Source: Thermoanaerobaculia bacterium (GTDB lineage Bacteria; Acidobacteriota; Thermoanaerobaculia; Gp7-AA8). Taken from it: a stretch of DNA of 64,000 nucleotides. The position numbers were made by a program, and so were the translations under genes. Positions 55,013 to 64,000 of this stretch are shown piece by piece. The notes beneath the pieces were generated by a model. That model was not told the origin of the DNA, made no database searches, and saw nothing but the letters and a program-made list of their open reading frames with translations. The stretch covers positions 1,316 to 65,315 of the forward strand of contig DASPZU010000118.1 in the NCBI GenBank assembly GCA_035636095.1, read 5' to 3'. Position 1 is the first letter of the stretch, and each line of letters begins with the position of its first letter.

Positions 55013-57288
55013 AGCGGTGGTTCGGATTCGTGCTTCTGGCGGTGGCCGCGCAGGCTCAAAATTTCGATCTCACGATCGACAACATCATGCGCGGCCCGAA
55101 TCTCTACGGCTATCCTCCGCAGGATGTGCGCTGGACGCCCGACGGCTCGAAAATCTATTTCAGTTGGAAGCAATGGAGCGATCCGCTCGAGAAGGATCGC
55201 GATACCTGGGTCGTCAATCGCGACGGCAGCGGCCTACGGAAGCTTTCCGACGAAGAGAAAAAGGATGGGCCGCCGGCGAGCGGTGAATACACCCGAGACA
55301 AACGCAAGGTCGTCTACGTCGAGGATGGCGACATCTACTTGTGGGACGGAAAGCGTCACGCCATCACGCAGACAACCGACACCGAATCCGCGCCGCATTT
55401 CACGTTCGATGAACAGCGCGTCACGTTCGTTCGCGACAACAATCTGTTCGCGGTTTCGCTGCGCGACGGCTCGATCGCACAGCTCACCAATGTGGTCGGT
55501 CCCGACGACAAGAGCCCGAATGTCATGCTGTGGGATGACAAGAAGGGCACCGAGAGTCAGGAGTACCTCAAGGGCGAGGAGCGCAAGCTGCTGGCCATCG
55601 TCGACGAACGCGCACGTAAGCGCGAAGAGGATGAAGCGAAGAAAAAGAAAGAGCATCCCCTCAAGCCTTTCAAGCTCGAGAAACGGCAGACCGTCAACGA
55701 CATGCAGTTGACGCCGGACGCCAGGTACGTCGTCGCGGTGATGCGCACGGAGTCAGAGAAGGCAAAGCGCGTGATCGTTCCGAGCTACGTCACCGAGAGC
55801 GCCTACACCGACACGGTTCCGTCTCGCGAAAAAGTCGGCGATGTGCTGCCCGCAGCGCGCATCGCGATCCTCAATGCCGCCAACGGCGAAGTGAAGTGGT
55901 TCGAGCATGGACTCAAGACCACGGAGGCCAAAGAGCGCGAAGTCGCGCTCCGCGCGCCGGTGTGGTCGGACGACGGCAAACACGCGTTTCTGTTGGTGCG
56001 ATCGACCGACAACAAAGGCGCGTGGATCATGGCCTTCGATCCTGCCAATCCCAAAGGCCGCGCGATCGTCACCATGCGCGACGACGCCTGGCTTCGAGGG
56101 TTCGACACGCCCGCCCCCGGCTGGCTTGCCGACAATCAGACCATCTACTACGCCTCGGAAGCGACCGGCTTCATGCATTTGTACGAAGTCGCGTTCGACG
56201 GCGGCGCCCCACGGCAGATGACGAGCGGAAATTGGGAAGTAGATTCTATTACATTAAATAGTGATAAGAAATACTTCTATCTAACGGCGAGCGAGGAGAG
56301 TCCGTTCGAGCGTCATCTCTACCGCATGCCGAGTGGAGCGCCGCCGACCTCGGCGGCGCGCACGAAGCTGACCACGACTGCCGGCAATCACGAGGCCGTT
56401 CCCTCGCCCGACGGCACCGTCATCGCCGATGTCTACTCCTACACCAACAAGCCGCCGGAGCTTTTCATCGGGACGAAACGCGTCACGACATCTCCTGCGC
56501 CTGAGTTCGCGAATTACGCCTGGCTCGACGTTCCGATCGTCCGCCTTCCCGCCCGCGATGGCGCGCAAGTTCCGGCACGGATCTACAAGCCCGCGAATCC
56601 GTCCGGGAAGGCCGTTATCTTCGTTCATGGCGCGGGGTATCTGCAGAACGTGCATCGCTGGTGGTCGAGCTACTCGCGCGAATACATGTTCCATCATCTG
56701 CTGATGTCGCGGGGCTACACCGTCCTCGACGTCGACTATCGCGGCTCGCGCGGGTACGGACGCGACTGGCGGACGGCGATCTATCGTCACATGGGGGGAA
56801 AGGACCTCGACGACCAGGTCGATGCCGCGCGATGGCTGGCCAGGGAGCATGGCATCGATCCGAAACGCATAGGCATCTACGGCGGGAGCTACGGCGGCTT
56901 CATCACGCTGATGGCGATGTTCACGCAGCCCGATCTCTTCGCCGCCGGCGCCGCGCTGCGCCCGGTGACCGATTGGGCACACTACAACAACGGCTACACC
57001 TCGAACATCCTCAATTTCCCGCAGGGTGATGTCGAGGCCTACCGGCAGTCATCGCCGATCTACTTCGCTGACGGCCTCAAAGGGCGGCTGCTGATCTGCC
57101 ACGGCATGGTCGACACCAACGTGCATTTCCAGGACAGCGTGCGGCTGGTGCAGAAGCTGATCGAGCTGCGCAAGCCGAACTGGGAGCTGGCGGTGTTTCC
57201 GGTCGAGAATCACGGCTTCGTCGAGCCCACATCGTGGGCCGACGAGTACAAACGGATTTACAGGCTGTTCGAGGAGACGCTGCATTGA
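55009..57288 (+). CDS. S9 family serine peptidase (prolyl oligopeptidase / dipeptidyl aminopeptidase-like) with N-terminal beta-propeller
   Basis: GGSYGG nucleophile motif. C-terminal alpha/beta-hydrolase His/Asp region. Signal peptide. Confidence 0.85.
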   Translation: MKRWFGFVLLAVAAQAQNFDLTIDNIMRGPNLYGYPPQDVRWTPDGSKIYFSWKQWSDPLEKDRDTWVVNRDGSGLRKLSDEEKKDGPPASGEYTRDKRKVVYVEDGDIYLWDGKRHAITQTTDTESAPHFTFDEQRVTFVRDNNLFAVSLRDGSIAQLTNVVGPDDKSPNVMLWDDKKGTESQEYLKGEERKLLAIVDERARKREEDEAKKKKEHPLKPFKLEKRQTVNDMQLTPDARYVVAVMRTESEKAKRVIVPSYVTESAYTDTVPSREKVGDVLPAARIAILNAANGEVKWFEHGLKTTEAKEREVALRAPVWSDDGKHAFLLVRSTDNKGAWIMAFDPANPKGRAIVTMRDDAWLRGFDTPAPGWLADNQTIYYASEATGFMHLYEVAFDGGAPRQMTSGNWEVDSITLNSDKKYFYLTASEESPFERHLYRMPSGAPPTSAARTKLTTTAGNHEAVPSPDGTVIADVYSYTNKPPELFIGTKRVTTSPAPEFANYAWLDVPIVRLPARDGAQVPARIYKPANPSGKAVIFVHGAGYLQNVHRWWSSYSREYMFHHLLMSRGYTVLDVDYRGSRGYGRDWRTAIYRHMGGKDLDDQVDAARWLAREHGIDPKRIGIYGGSYGGFITLMAMFTQPDLFAAGAALRPVTDWAHYNNGYTSNILNFPQGDVEAYRQSSPIYFADGLKGRLLICHGMVDTNVHFQDSVRLVQKLIELRKPNWELAVFPVENHGFVEPTSWADEYKRIYRLFEETLH

Positions 57289-57370
57289 GGTTGCGAAGTC
57301 TCGCGGTAGCGAAGTCTCGCGGTTGTCTTGCTCCGAGACCGCGCAACCCCGAGACCCCGAGACCACACGC

Positions 57371-57967
57371 ATGACGCAGCTCATATTCGACGAACCCCAA
57401 CTTATCGCACGCCTCCGCGCCGGCGAAGAGTCGGCGTTCGAGCAACTGGTGCGCTCCACCAGCGGACGCCTTCTGGCCGCCGCCCGCCGGCTGCTGCGCA
57501 ACGAAGAGGACGCACGCGATGCGGTGCAGAACGCGTTCATCCGCGCGTTCCAGTCATTGTCGAAGTTCCGCGAAGAATCGCGGATCTCAACGTGGCTGCA
57601 TCGCATACTCGTCAACGAGGCGCTGATGAAACTGCGTTCGCGCCCGAGGGCCGAAGATGAGTCGATTGATCATCTGTTGCCGACCTTCGTCGCCGATGGA
57701 CATCAAACGCGCGACACCGTCGATTGGAGCGAGACCGCCGAGGAGGCGCTCGAGCGCGAAGAAACGGCGGCGCTGATCCGTCGCAAGATCGACGAGCTTC
57801 CTGATGACTATCGTACCGTGATCGTCATGCGCGATCTCGAGGAAATGTCCAACCCCGAGATCGCTGACGCCCTCGGCATCTCCACCAATCTCGTCAAAGT
57901 CCGCCTGCATCGCGCGCGACAGGCGCTGCGCACGCTGCTCGAACGCGAATTCGGAGGAACGCAATGA
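57371..57967 (+). CDS. ECF (sigma-70 family group 4) RNA polymerase sigma factor
   Basis: Region 2 (DAVQNAFIRAFQ) and region 4 (YRTVIVMRDLEEMSNPEIADALGIS). Confidence 0.85.
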   Translation: MTQLIFDEPQLIARLRAGEESAFEQLVRSTSGRLLAAARRLLRNEEDARDAVQNAFIRAFQSLSKFREESRISTWLHRILVNEALMKLRSRPRAEDESIDHLLPTFVADGHQTRDTVDWSETAEEALEREETAALIRRKIDELPDDYRTVIVMRDLEEMSNPEIADALGISTNLVKVRLHRARQALRTLLEREFGGTQ

Positions 57968-58188
57968 ATTGTCTCGAAGTCATCGGCTTCATCATGGAAT
58001 ACCTCGATGGCGTCCTCGCGCCTCGCCAACGCAGCGAGTTCGAAAAGCACCTCGAAATCTGCGATTCGTGTGTCGCCTATTTGCGGACCTATGAGCAAAC
58101 GATCAAGATGGAGGTTGCAACCCGAATCGAAGACGTAACGATCCCGGAAGACCTGGTGCGAGCGATCCTGGCATCGCGTAGGATGTAA
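57964..58188 (+). CDS. zinc-finger (ZAS-type, HxxxCxxC) anti-sigma factor
   Basis: ATGA-coupled to the sigma gene. HLEICDSC motif. 74 aa. Confidence 0.7.
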   Translation: MNCLEVIGFIMEYLDGVLAPRQRSEFEKHLEICDSCVAYLRTYEQTIKMEVATRIEDVTIPEDLVRAILASRRM

Positions 58189-58217
58189 CCGCTCGTCCAA
58201 AACTGCATCCAACGGAC

Positions 58218-58877
58218 ATGAAGACGCTGGAGAAGAAGCATCCGCTTGCCATCCGGTGGTTTCACTGGATCAACTTCCCGATTCTGGCGTTGATGGTGTG
58301 GAGCGGCTTGCTGATCTACTGGGCCAATCCGGTGTACCGCATCGGCATCGGCAGGCACACGCTCGTGAAGATGACCGTCGCCGAGAAGACTTATGAAAAG
58401 GCGAATCTCGCCTTCCGACTCGCGGAAGGTCTCACGCTCCATTTCTTCTTCATGTGGTTCTTCGCGGTCAATGGCATCCTCTACGTGGCCTACACGATTT
58501 TTTCGGGCGAATGGCGCGATCTCGTCCCCGATCGGCGTTCGTGGAAGGAAGCGATCCTGGTCGCGCTGCACGATCTCCATCTGCGCAAGGAAGCTCCGCC
58601 GCAGCGCAAATACAACGCCGCGCAGAGAATTTCCTACACCGCCATCATCGTGATGGGACTCGGATCGCTTCTCACCGGTCTGGCGATTTACAAACCGGTG
58701 CAGTTCGGATGGCTGACGTTTCTATTGGGCGGCTATCCGATGGCCCGCTTCTTCCACTTCTGGATCACCGTCGGTTACGTCGTTTTCTTCGTCGTGCACA
58801 TTGCCCAGGTGATCAAGACCGGGTGGAACAATTTCCGCGCCATGGTCATGGGATACGAGGTCCAGAACTATGAGTGA
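58218..58877 (+). CDS. cytochrome b-type membrane subunit (cyt b561/PhsC/MsrQ-like)
   Basis: RWFHWINFPILALMVWSG. 4-5 TM helices with conserved His. Confidence 0.65.
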   Translation: MKTLEKKHPLAIRWFHWINFPILALMVWSGLLIYWANPVYRIGIGRHTLVKMTVAEKTYEKANLAFRLAEGLTLHFFFMWFFAVNGILYVAYTIFSGEWRDLVPDRRSWKEAILVALHDLHLRKEAPPQRKYNAAQRISYTAIIVMGLGSLLTGLAIYKPVQFGWLTFLLGGYPMARFFHFWITVGYVVFFVVHIAQVIKTGWNNFRAMVMGYEVQNYE

Positions 58878-59664
58878 CGAAGACATCATCATCGCCGACG
58901 AAGAAGCGTTGCGAAACGCGATCGCCGAGAACGACACCAACATCGATCGCGAAGTGCGCCGCCTTTCGCGGCGCGGCTTCATCGTCGCCGGCGCCGCCAC
59001 CCTCGCCGCCTACGGCGCGTGGAAGTTTCTGCGGCTGGCCTCGCGTGAGGGCGATGTGCCCTGGCCGCTGCGCCGCGGACTCGAGACCAACGAGAAGTTG
59101 TCGGAGGCATACTTCAGGACTGCGCGCCTGAGTCGCACCTTCCCACCGTCGGCGATCACAAACGCGCGGATCAATGGGGGAGTCGGCCTTCAGCCGAATT
59201 ACGATCCCGAGAACTGGCGCTTGCGCGTGGAAGGAATCGCGGGACAGCCGCCCGCGACGCTCACGCTCTCCGACCTCAAGTCATTTCCTCGGCGCGACAT
59301 GACCACAGAGCTCCGCTGCATCGAAGGCTGGAGCATCGTCGTGCATTGGACCGGCACCCGACTCGCGGATCTGATGGCCCGATTCTCGCCACCGCGCGGA
59401 ACGCGATACGTCGCCATGGAATCACCCGGCCGCGGGTACTACGTCGGGCTCGACATGCTGAGCGCAATGCATCCGCAAACACTTCTGGCGTACGAGCTCA
59501 ACGGCGCACCGCTGACCTGGCAGCATGGTGCGCCACTGCGTCTGGCCGTTCCAGTGAAGTACGGCTACAAGAACATCAAGCGCATCGCGACCATCCGCTA
59601 CACCGATGTCCGGCCCGCCGATTTCTGGGGCGAGCGCGGATACGACTGGTACGCGGGACACTAA
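58870..59664 (+). CDS. molybdopterin-dependent oxidoreductase (sulfite-oxidase fold, MsrP/YedY-like), Tat-exported
   Basis: Tat motif SRRGFIVAGAA. ELRCIEGWSIVVHWTGTRL and KYGYKNIKRI match the oxidoreductase molybdopterin-binding domain. Confidence 0.75.
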   Translation: MSDEDIIIADEEALRNAIAENDTNIDREVRRLSRRGFIVAGAATLAAYGAWKFLRLASREGDVPWPLRRGLETNEKLSEAYFRTARLSRTFPPSAITNARINGGVGLQPNYDPENWRLRVEGIAGQPPATLTLSDLKSFPRRDMTTELRCIEGWSIVVHWTGTRLADLMARFSPPRGTRYVAMESPGRGYYVGLDMLSAMHPQTLLAYELNGAPLTWQHGAPLRLAVPVKYGYKNIKRIATIRYTDVRPADFWGERGYDWYAGH

Positions 59665-59764
59665 AAGGCAGAAGGCAGAAGGCAGAAGGCAGAAGGCAGA
59701 AGGATGAGGGAAGGATTGACTAATCCGACTCACTTCTGCCTTCTGCTTTCTGACTTCTGCCTTT
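59665..59764. repeat. (AAGGCAG)n long palindromic hairpin element, copy 2
   Basis: (AAGGCAG)x5 ... CACTTCTGCCTTCTGCTTTCTGACTTCTGCCTT. Placed between convergent genes as a bidirectional terminator. Confidence 0.7.
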
Positions 59765-59899
59765 ATACGGACAGTGCCGGCAGCCTGACTCGCAGCAGTA
59801 GCCGCGCTTCTTCAGGAATTTTTCGGTGAAGACGATGTAGGGGCCTTCGCGGTAGAAATCCTCTCCCTCGACGAGCTCGGATTTCTTCTCATCCTCCAC
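59720..59899 (-). CDS. DUF5522-like small Cys-rich protein
   Basis: [45 protein letters not shown]... (GTG start). The last ~14 codons are encoded by the (AAGGCAG)n repeat. Confidence 0.5.
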   Translation of the reverse strand: MEDEKKSELVEGEDFYREGPYIVFTEKFLKKRGYCCESGCRHCPYKGRSQKAEGRSESD

Positions 59900-60412
59900 G
59901 CAGGCGATTATGCGTCGCCGCGTGGAATGAGGCTATCGTCCGCCAGGTCTTCCTGCTTCTCGAATTCGCTCAAGCGCTCGAGCGCCTCACTGGAGTCGCA
60001 GGAAGCATTTCCCTGTTCGATCTGCAGCTCGAGTGTTTTGCGCGATCGCCGAAGACTCTCCGTCAGCGTCTCGCTCGGGTTCCGTAGCGTCATGGCACCG
60101 CCAGCGTGCAAACGGGACGCCTTTGCCGCTATCTGCTTAATTGATCAGGTTTTGCGAGGAGATCTCTCGAAAGACGCGATGCAGCGCTGCCCGAAACATG
60201 AGCATTGTTTCAGCGGTCGTGTTTTCGTCGATCTGGAGGATGACGAGCGAGCCCGGGAGCGCGTCGTAATCGTTCAGTTTTTCGGCTTCCATGGTTGTCT
60301 TCCATGGTCGGCTGGAAACCCGGGCATCGCATGTATCGAGGGTTGGACAAGGCTCTATCGATGGATGGATTCGAGTGTGATCTGGCGCACAATCGCGGTC
60401 ATGAAGCGTGAA

Positions 60413-60730
60413 ATGACGACTACCACCTTCACCCTCGACGGATTTCGGGTCTCCAGGAACCTCGGCGTCGTCCGCGGAATCACGGTGCGCTCGCGGTCGA
60501 TTTTCGGGACCATCGGCGCCTCGCTGCAGACGCTCGCTGGAGGCAACATCTCGCTCTTCACGGAGCTGTGCGAGAAGGCGAGAGAGGAGGCGTTCGAGAT
60601 GATGTTGCAGCACGCGCGCGAGGCCGGCGCGAACGCTGTCATCGGCGTGGCATACGACGCCACCGAAGTGATGCAGGGCGTGACCGAGGTGCTGTGCTAC
60701 GGCACGGCGGTGGTGGTGCAGCCAACCTAG
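60413..60730 (+). CDS. YbjQ family (UPF0145) protein
   Basis: [11 protein letters not shown]...[15 protein letters not shown]...GTAVVV, 105 aa. Confidence 0.75.
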   Translation: MTTTTFTLDGFRVSRNLGVVRGITVRSRSIFGTIGASLQTLAGGNISLFTELCEKAREEAFEMMLQHAREAGANAVIGVAYDATEVMQGVTEVLCYGTAVVVQPT

Positions 60731-61149
60731 ATCTGAGCGTTAGTTTGGCGCGGCGTCTCGCCGATGCAGAAGTGATCGCCGTGGACGTGGCGTGAAAGGA
60801 AGGTCGTGTCGACCGGCTTTGCCAGGATCATCCTCACCACGGGGCCGAGGTCCGCGTTCTTGATCCGAGCGGCGAGATCGGGGTACCCGGAGACCACCAC
60901 CACCGGCGTATCGGGCGAGTTGTCGTGGATGTATTTCGCCAATTCGAACCCGTCCGGCGGCGGGATGTTCAGGTCGAGCAGTACGCAGCAATACTCTCCT
61001 CGGCCTAGCAGAGAGATCGCCTCACGTCCGCTCTCCGCGACGTCAGTCTCGATGCCATGACGCTGAAAAAGAAGAGCGAGCGTCCAGCGGACGGACGGTT
61101 CGTCCTCGATGACCAGAATGCGATGCTTTGTCAGAGGCGCTTGCAACAT
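60727..61149 (-). CDS. single-domain response regulator (CheY-like receiver)
   Basis: ILVIEDE...[15 protein letters not shown]...VVVSG. 140 aa from MLQAPL. The upstream part of the ORF overlaps the tRNA and is spurious. Confidence 0.75.
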   Translation of the reverse strand: MLQAPLTKHRILVIEDEPSVRWTLALLFQRHGIETDVAESGREAISLLGRGEYCCVLLDLNIPPPDGFELAKYIHDNSPDTPVVVVSGYPDLAARIKNADLGPVVRMILAKPVDTTFLSRHVHGDHFCIGETPRQTNAQI

Positions 61150-61218
61150 TCCCTCCGCTCGCGCTCTCTGCACACTTCGGACGTCGGGTCGATATGCAAG
61201 TGCTGAGCCGGATGGATT

Positions 61219-61294
61219 TGGCTGTGGCGGGAGGACTCGAACCTCCGACCAACGGATTAACAATCCGCCGCTCTACCAACTGAGCTACACCACA
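61219..61294 (-). tRNA. tRNA-Asn (anticodon GTT), CCA encoded
   Basis: Folded by hand: acceptor UGUGGUG/CGCCACA (one G-U), D-arm GCUC-AGUUGGUA-GAGC, anticodon arm GCGGA-UUGUUAA-UCCGU, T-arm GGAGG-UUCGAGU-CCUCC, discriminator G, CCA. 76 nt. Confidence 0.85.
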
Positions 61295-61382
61295 GCACTG
61301 TTGGGAAGGAGGTGCATGGTCGCCGATCGTTTTTCGGATGTCAACCGCGGCCGTGTTACCCTCTGCCCCTTCAGGAGAACCC

Positions 61383-62375
61383 ATGCGCCGAGCCCTCATC
61401 CTCGCCTCACTCGTTACTCTGATCGCGCTGTCCGCCGTCGCGGCCGATCGCGCCAATCGAACATTCGAAGCAACCTACATCGCCACGGTCGCCAACATTC
61501 CGCCCGATGCCGGCGTGCTGGACGTCTGGATTCCGCTGCCGCGGGCCCGCAGCGCTCAGGGAATCAGCGACGTCAAGATCGATTCGCCCTTCCAATGGCA
61601 GCGGCTCACCGAAAAAGAATTCGGCGACGACTACGCCGTCGCGAAGATCCCCGCGCCTCAAACAGGCGAGCTGGTCGTCAAAGTCACCTTCCGCGGAACG
61701 CGGAACGCAATCGCGATGGAGAAGATCGGCAACGTCACGCCCAGCAAGAGCGAGCTCGCTCGCGCTCTTCGCCCGGATCGCATGGTCACGCTGTCGCCCC
61801 GCGTGAAGAAGCTGTCCGACCAGATCGTCGCCGGCAAGACCACGACGTTGGAGAAGGCGCAGGCGATTTATCAGTATGTGATGACCACCATGAAGTACGA
61901 CAAGACCATCCCCGGCTGGGGCAATGGCGATACCGAGCGCGCCTGCGATATCAAAGCCGGCAATTGCACCGACTTCCATTCGCTGTTCATGTCGCTGGCG
62001 CGGTCGCAGGGAATTCCGGCGCGGTTCGTGATCGGCTTCCCGTTGCCTCCGGGCGACGGCAGGATTCCCGGATATCACTGCTGGGCCGAGTTCTACGTCG
62101 AAGGAAAAGGATGGATCCCTGTCGACGCCAGCGACGCGTCAAAGTCGAGCGACCCCGCCGTTCGCGCGATGCTGTTCGGAAATCTTCCGCCGCACCGCGT
62201 CGAGTTCACCATGGGACGCGATCTCGTCCTGACGCCGGCCACTTCAGAGCCCCTCAATTTCTTCATCTATCCGCGCGTGGAGGCCAAAGGAAAGCCTGTC
62301 GGCACGGCGACCCTTTCACTCGAAGTGCACGATGTGAAGGCGACATCGGAGGCGGCCACATCCGCCCAGCGCTGA
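61383..62375 (+). CDS. secreted transglutaminase-like cysteine protease domain protein
   Basis: Signal peptide. Cys-His-Asp core GNCTDFHSLFMSLARSQGIPARFVIG ... GYHCWAEFYV ... PVDASD. AGGAG RBS. Confidence 0.75.
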   Translation: MRRALILASLVTLIALSAVAADRANRTFEATYIATVANIPPDAGVLDVWIPLPRARSAQGISDVKIDSPFQWQRLTEKEFGDDYAVAKIPAPQTGELVVKVTFRGTRNAIAMEKIGNVTPSKSELARALRPDRMVTLSPRVKKLSDQIVAGKTTTLEKAQAIYQYVMTTMKYDKTIPGWGNGDTERACDIKAGNCTDFHSLFMSLARSQGIPARFVIGFPLPPGDGRIPGYHCWAEFYVEGKGWIPVDASDASKSSDPAVRAMLFGNLPPHRVEFTMGRDLVLTPATSEPLNFFIYPRVEAKGKPVGTATLSLEVHDVKATSEAATSAQR

Positions 62376-62422
62376 ATATTGACGCTTCCGAGGGCGTTCA
62401 CTAGACTCGCCGCACTTCCCGG

Positions 62423-62497
<75 letters not shown>

Positions 62498-62709
62498 TTT
62501 CGACTCCGCCGGCCTTCAATTTTGTATCGACAGTCGAGTCGCACGGCTGGTATCTGCTGGCCCCATTTCGGTGGTCGCGCGCTGAAAAGACCCTTCGGCG
62601 CGTCGAGGTCCTTGGCGGGAAGTCGCGGGGAATTGCGATCTCAGCGCCGCTGGGGTCGGCGGCGCTCCACATCACGGGCGCCGAGGACACGTCCGAGCTG
62701 CGCGCGAAG

Positions 62710-63354
62710 ATGACGCGCATGTTCCAACTGCACCTCGATATGGCGGAGTTCGTGGCGGTGGCGCGCGCATCGACCGATCACGCCTGGGTCGAGAGCGCCG
62801 GATTCGGACGCCTGCTGTGCGGAAGCACTCTGTTCGAAGATGTGGTCAAGATCATCACCACCACCAATACCACCTGGCGTCAGACCACGAGGATGGTGGA
62901 ACTGCTGGTCGAAAAGTGCGGCCGCCGCGTGGCCTTTCCCGAACCGAAAGACGTCGCGCGCTTCACCGTCGACGCTCTCCAACGCGACTGCCGCCTCGGA
63001 TACCGCGCCAAGTCGATTCATGCCCTTGCGCGGGGTATTGTCGAAGGTGCGATCGATTTGAGAGCGATCGCTAATCCGTCGCAGACGACGGAGGAGCTGT
63101 TCGAGAGCTACCGGAAACTGCCTGGAATCGGCCCGTATGGCGCGGCGCATCTTCTGGCCATGGACGGCCGCCACGACTTCATCGCCGTCGACAGCGAATT
63201 TCGTCGATTCGTTCGGGAGCGCCATCACAAAGGCCGCCGCGTCAGCGACAAAGCGATGCTACGCCGCTACAACAAATGGGGGCGTTGGAAGTACCTGGCG
63301 TATTGGTCCGAACTGTGGAGGTCAGTGGCGGCGGGTTTGCAGTCGGACAAGTAG
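62710..63354 (+). CDS. HhH-GPD superfamily DNA glycosylase (AlkA/3-methyladenine glycosylase II-like)
   Basis: LPGIGPYGAAHLLAMDGRHDFIAVD is the helix-hairpin-helix Gly/Pro-Asp motif. First canonical start is at 62710, but protein-like similarity (..APFRWS..) continues upstream to the tRNA-Cys 3' end, so the N-terminus is uncertain. Confidence 0.65.
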   Translation: MTRMFQLHLDMAEFVAVARASTDHAWVESAGFGRLLCGSTLFEDVVKIITTTNTTWRQTTRMVELLVEKCGRRVAFPEPKDVARFTVDALQRDCRLGYRAKSIHALARGIVEGAIDLRAIANPSQTTEELFESYRKLPGIGPYGAAHLLAMDGRHDFIAVDSEFRRFVRERHHKGRRVSDKAMLRRYNKWGRWKYLAYWSELWRSVAAGLQSDK

Positions 63355-63396
63355 TGTACGCCCTTCCGCGGCGAATCGGAATCTTGACCGCGGGCG

Positions 63397-63756
63397 GTGC
63401 CGTTTGCGATAGTCGAATCCGACGTGGACGAGAAGATCAAACAGCTCTTGCGCGAACTCGGAACGGCGATCAACGAATCGATCTCCGGCTCCGACGACGT
63501 GAACAAGCAGATCCAGAGGATCCGCGACGAGGGCTACAACCTTTACGTCGTGCTCGATGCGACCATCGGGCTGAATCGGCAGGACGAGCCGCAAGCGCCC
63601 ACGGAGATCATCGTCAAGAGCGACAAGGAGATCCAGTTCCGGATCAACATCAACGACCTCGCGCTTCTGCGCGCCCTCGGAATCGATCCGACCCGAAAAG
63701 TACGCACGACGCGGCGCATCGAGCCCATCTCGAGTTCCAGTGACGACAAGCAATGA
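63397..63756 (+). CDS. hypothetical protein
   Basis: GTG start, 119 aa, no recognised domain. Confidence 0.4.
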   Translation: MPFAIVESDVDEKIKQLLRELGTAINESISGSDDVNKQIQRIRDEGYNLYVVLDATIGLNRQDEPQAPTEIIVKSDKEIQFRININDLALLRALGIDPTRKVRTTRRIEPISSSSDDKQ

Positions 63757-64000
63757 CGGCCTCAATCTCTACGATCTCGCGCCTGCCCAGCTGCAGAAAA
63801 CATTAGGCGAGGTCGTCTCCCCGCCGTTCCGCATCAAACAAATCGCTGAATGGATGCACCACCGCGGCGTCGACTCTTTCGACGCCATGAGCAATCTGCC
63901 CAGGGGCCTCCGCGCGAAACTGGCGGAGCAGTTCAAACTCGAGTTTCCCCACGTCGTTGAGCGGACCGCACCTGCCACCGACGGCAGTCAGAAGTACCTC
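63740..64000 (+). CDS. rlmN: 23S rRNA (adenine2503-C2)-methyltransferase RlmN (3' end outside window)
   Basis: Frame +2 from GTG 63740: ...NLYDLAPAQLQKTLGEVVSPPFRIKQIAEWMHHRGVDSFDAMSNLPRGLRAKLAEQF..., which matches the RlmN N-terminus. No stop before the window end. Confidence 0.7.
   Translation, partial: MTTSNDGLNLYDLAPAQLQKTLGEVVSPPFRIKQIAEWMHHRGVDSFDAMSNLPRGLRAKLAEQFKLEFPHVVERTAPATDGSQKYL

Overview
This is a high-GC (~60-65%) chromosomal window that looks acidobacterial. The evidence is three tandem paralogs of the Acidobacteria-restricted VWFA-related family (TIGR03436-like) and several CarboxypepD_reg-type TonB-dependent-receptor-like outer-membrane proteins. The housekeeping backbone is prfA (5' partial), mpl, lepA, an fusA paralog, the rplU-rpmA-obg-nadD-rsfS operon, rlmH, a dksA-like gene, a holA-like gene, tRNA-Asn, tRNA-Cys and rlmN (3' partial). 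An accessory block at about 26-45 kb contains 3 TBDR-like genes, 2 alkaline-phosphatase-superfamily/TPR fusion genes and 3 tandem VWFA-related genes, with an internal 62-bp direct-repeat-flanked insertion. The clearest single discovery is a selD gene with an in-frame TGA exactly at the catalytic Cys/Sec position, so selenophosphate synthetase here is a selenoprotein whose real start lies upstream of the six-frame ORF. I also see three families of intergenic palindromic repeats: a REP-like GTCATCCTGAGC...GAAGGATCTC hairpin, (AAGGCAG)n long hairpins, and AT-rich AATTTCAAAT/TTAAGAATT palindromes. Three short in-frame AT-rich codon patches sit inside otherwise GC-rich conserved genes. There is an ECF sigma/ZAS anti-sigma pair next to a cytochrome-b/Mo-oxidoreductase pair, an RsbW/STAS partner-switching pair, and a sensor-less sigma-54 activator. 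I found no transposases, CRISPR arrays or recognisable defence genes. Most minus-strand ORFs that overlap the called genes are GC-driven antisense artefacts.
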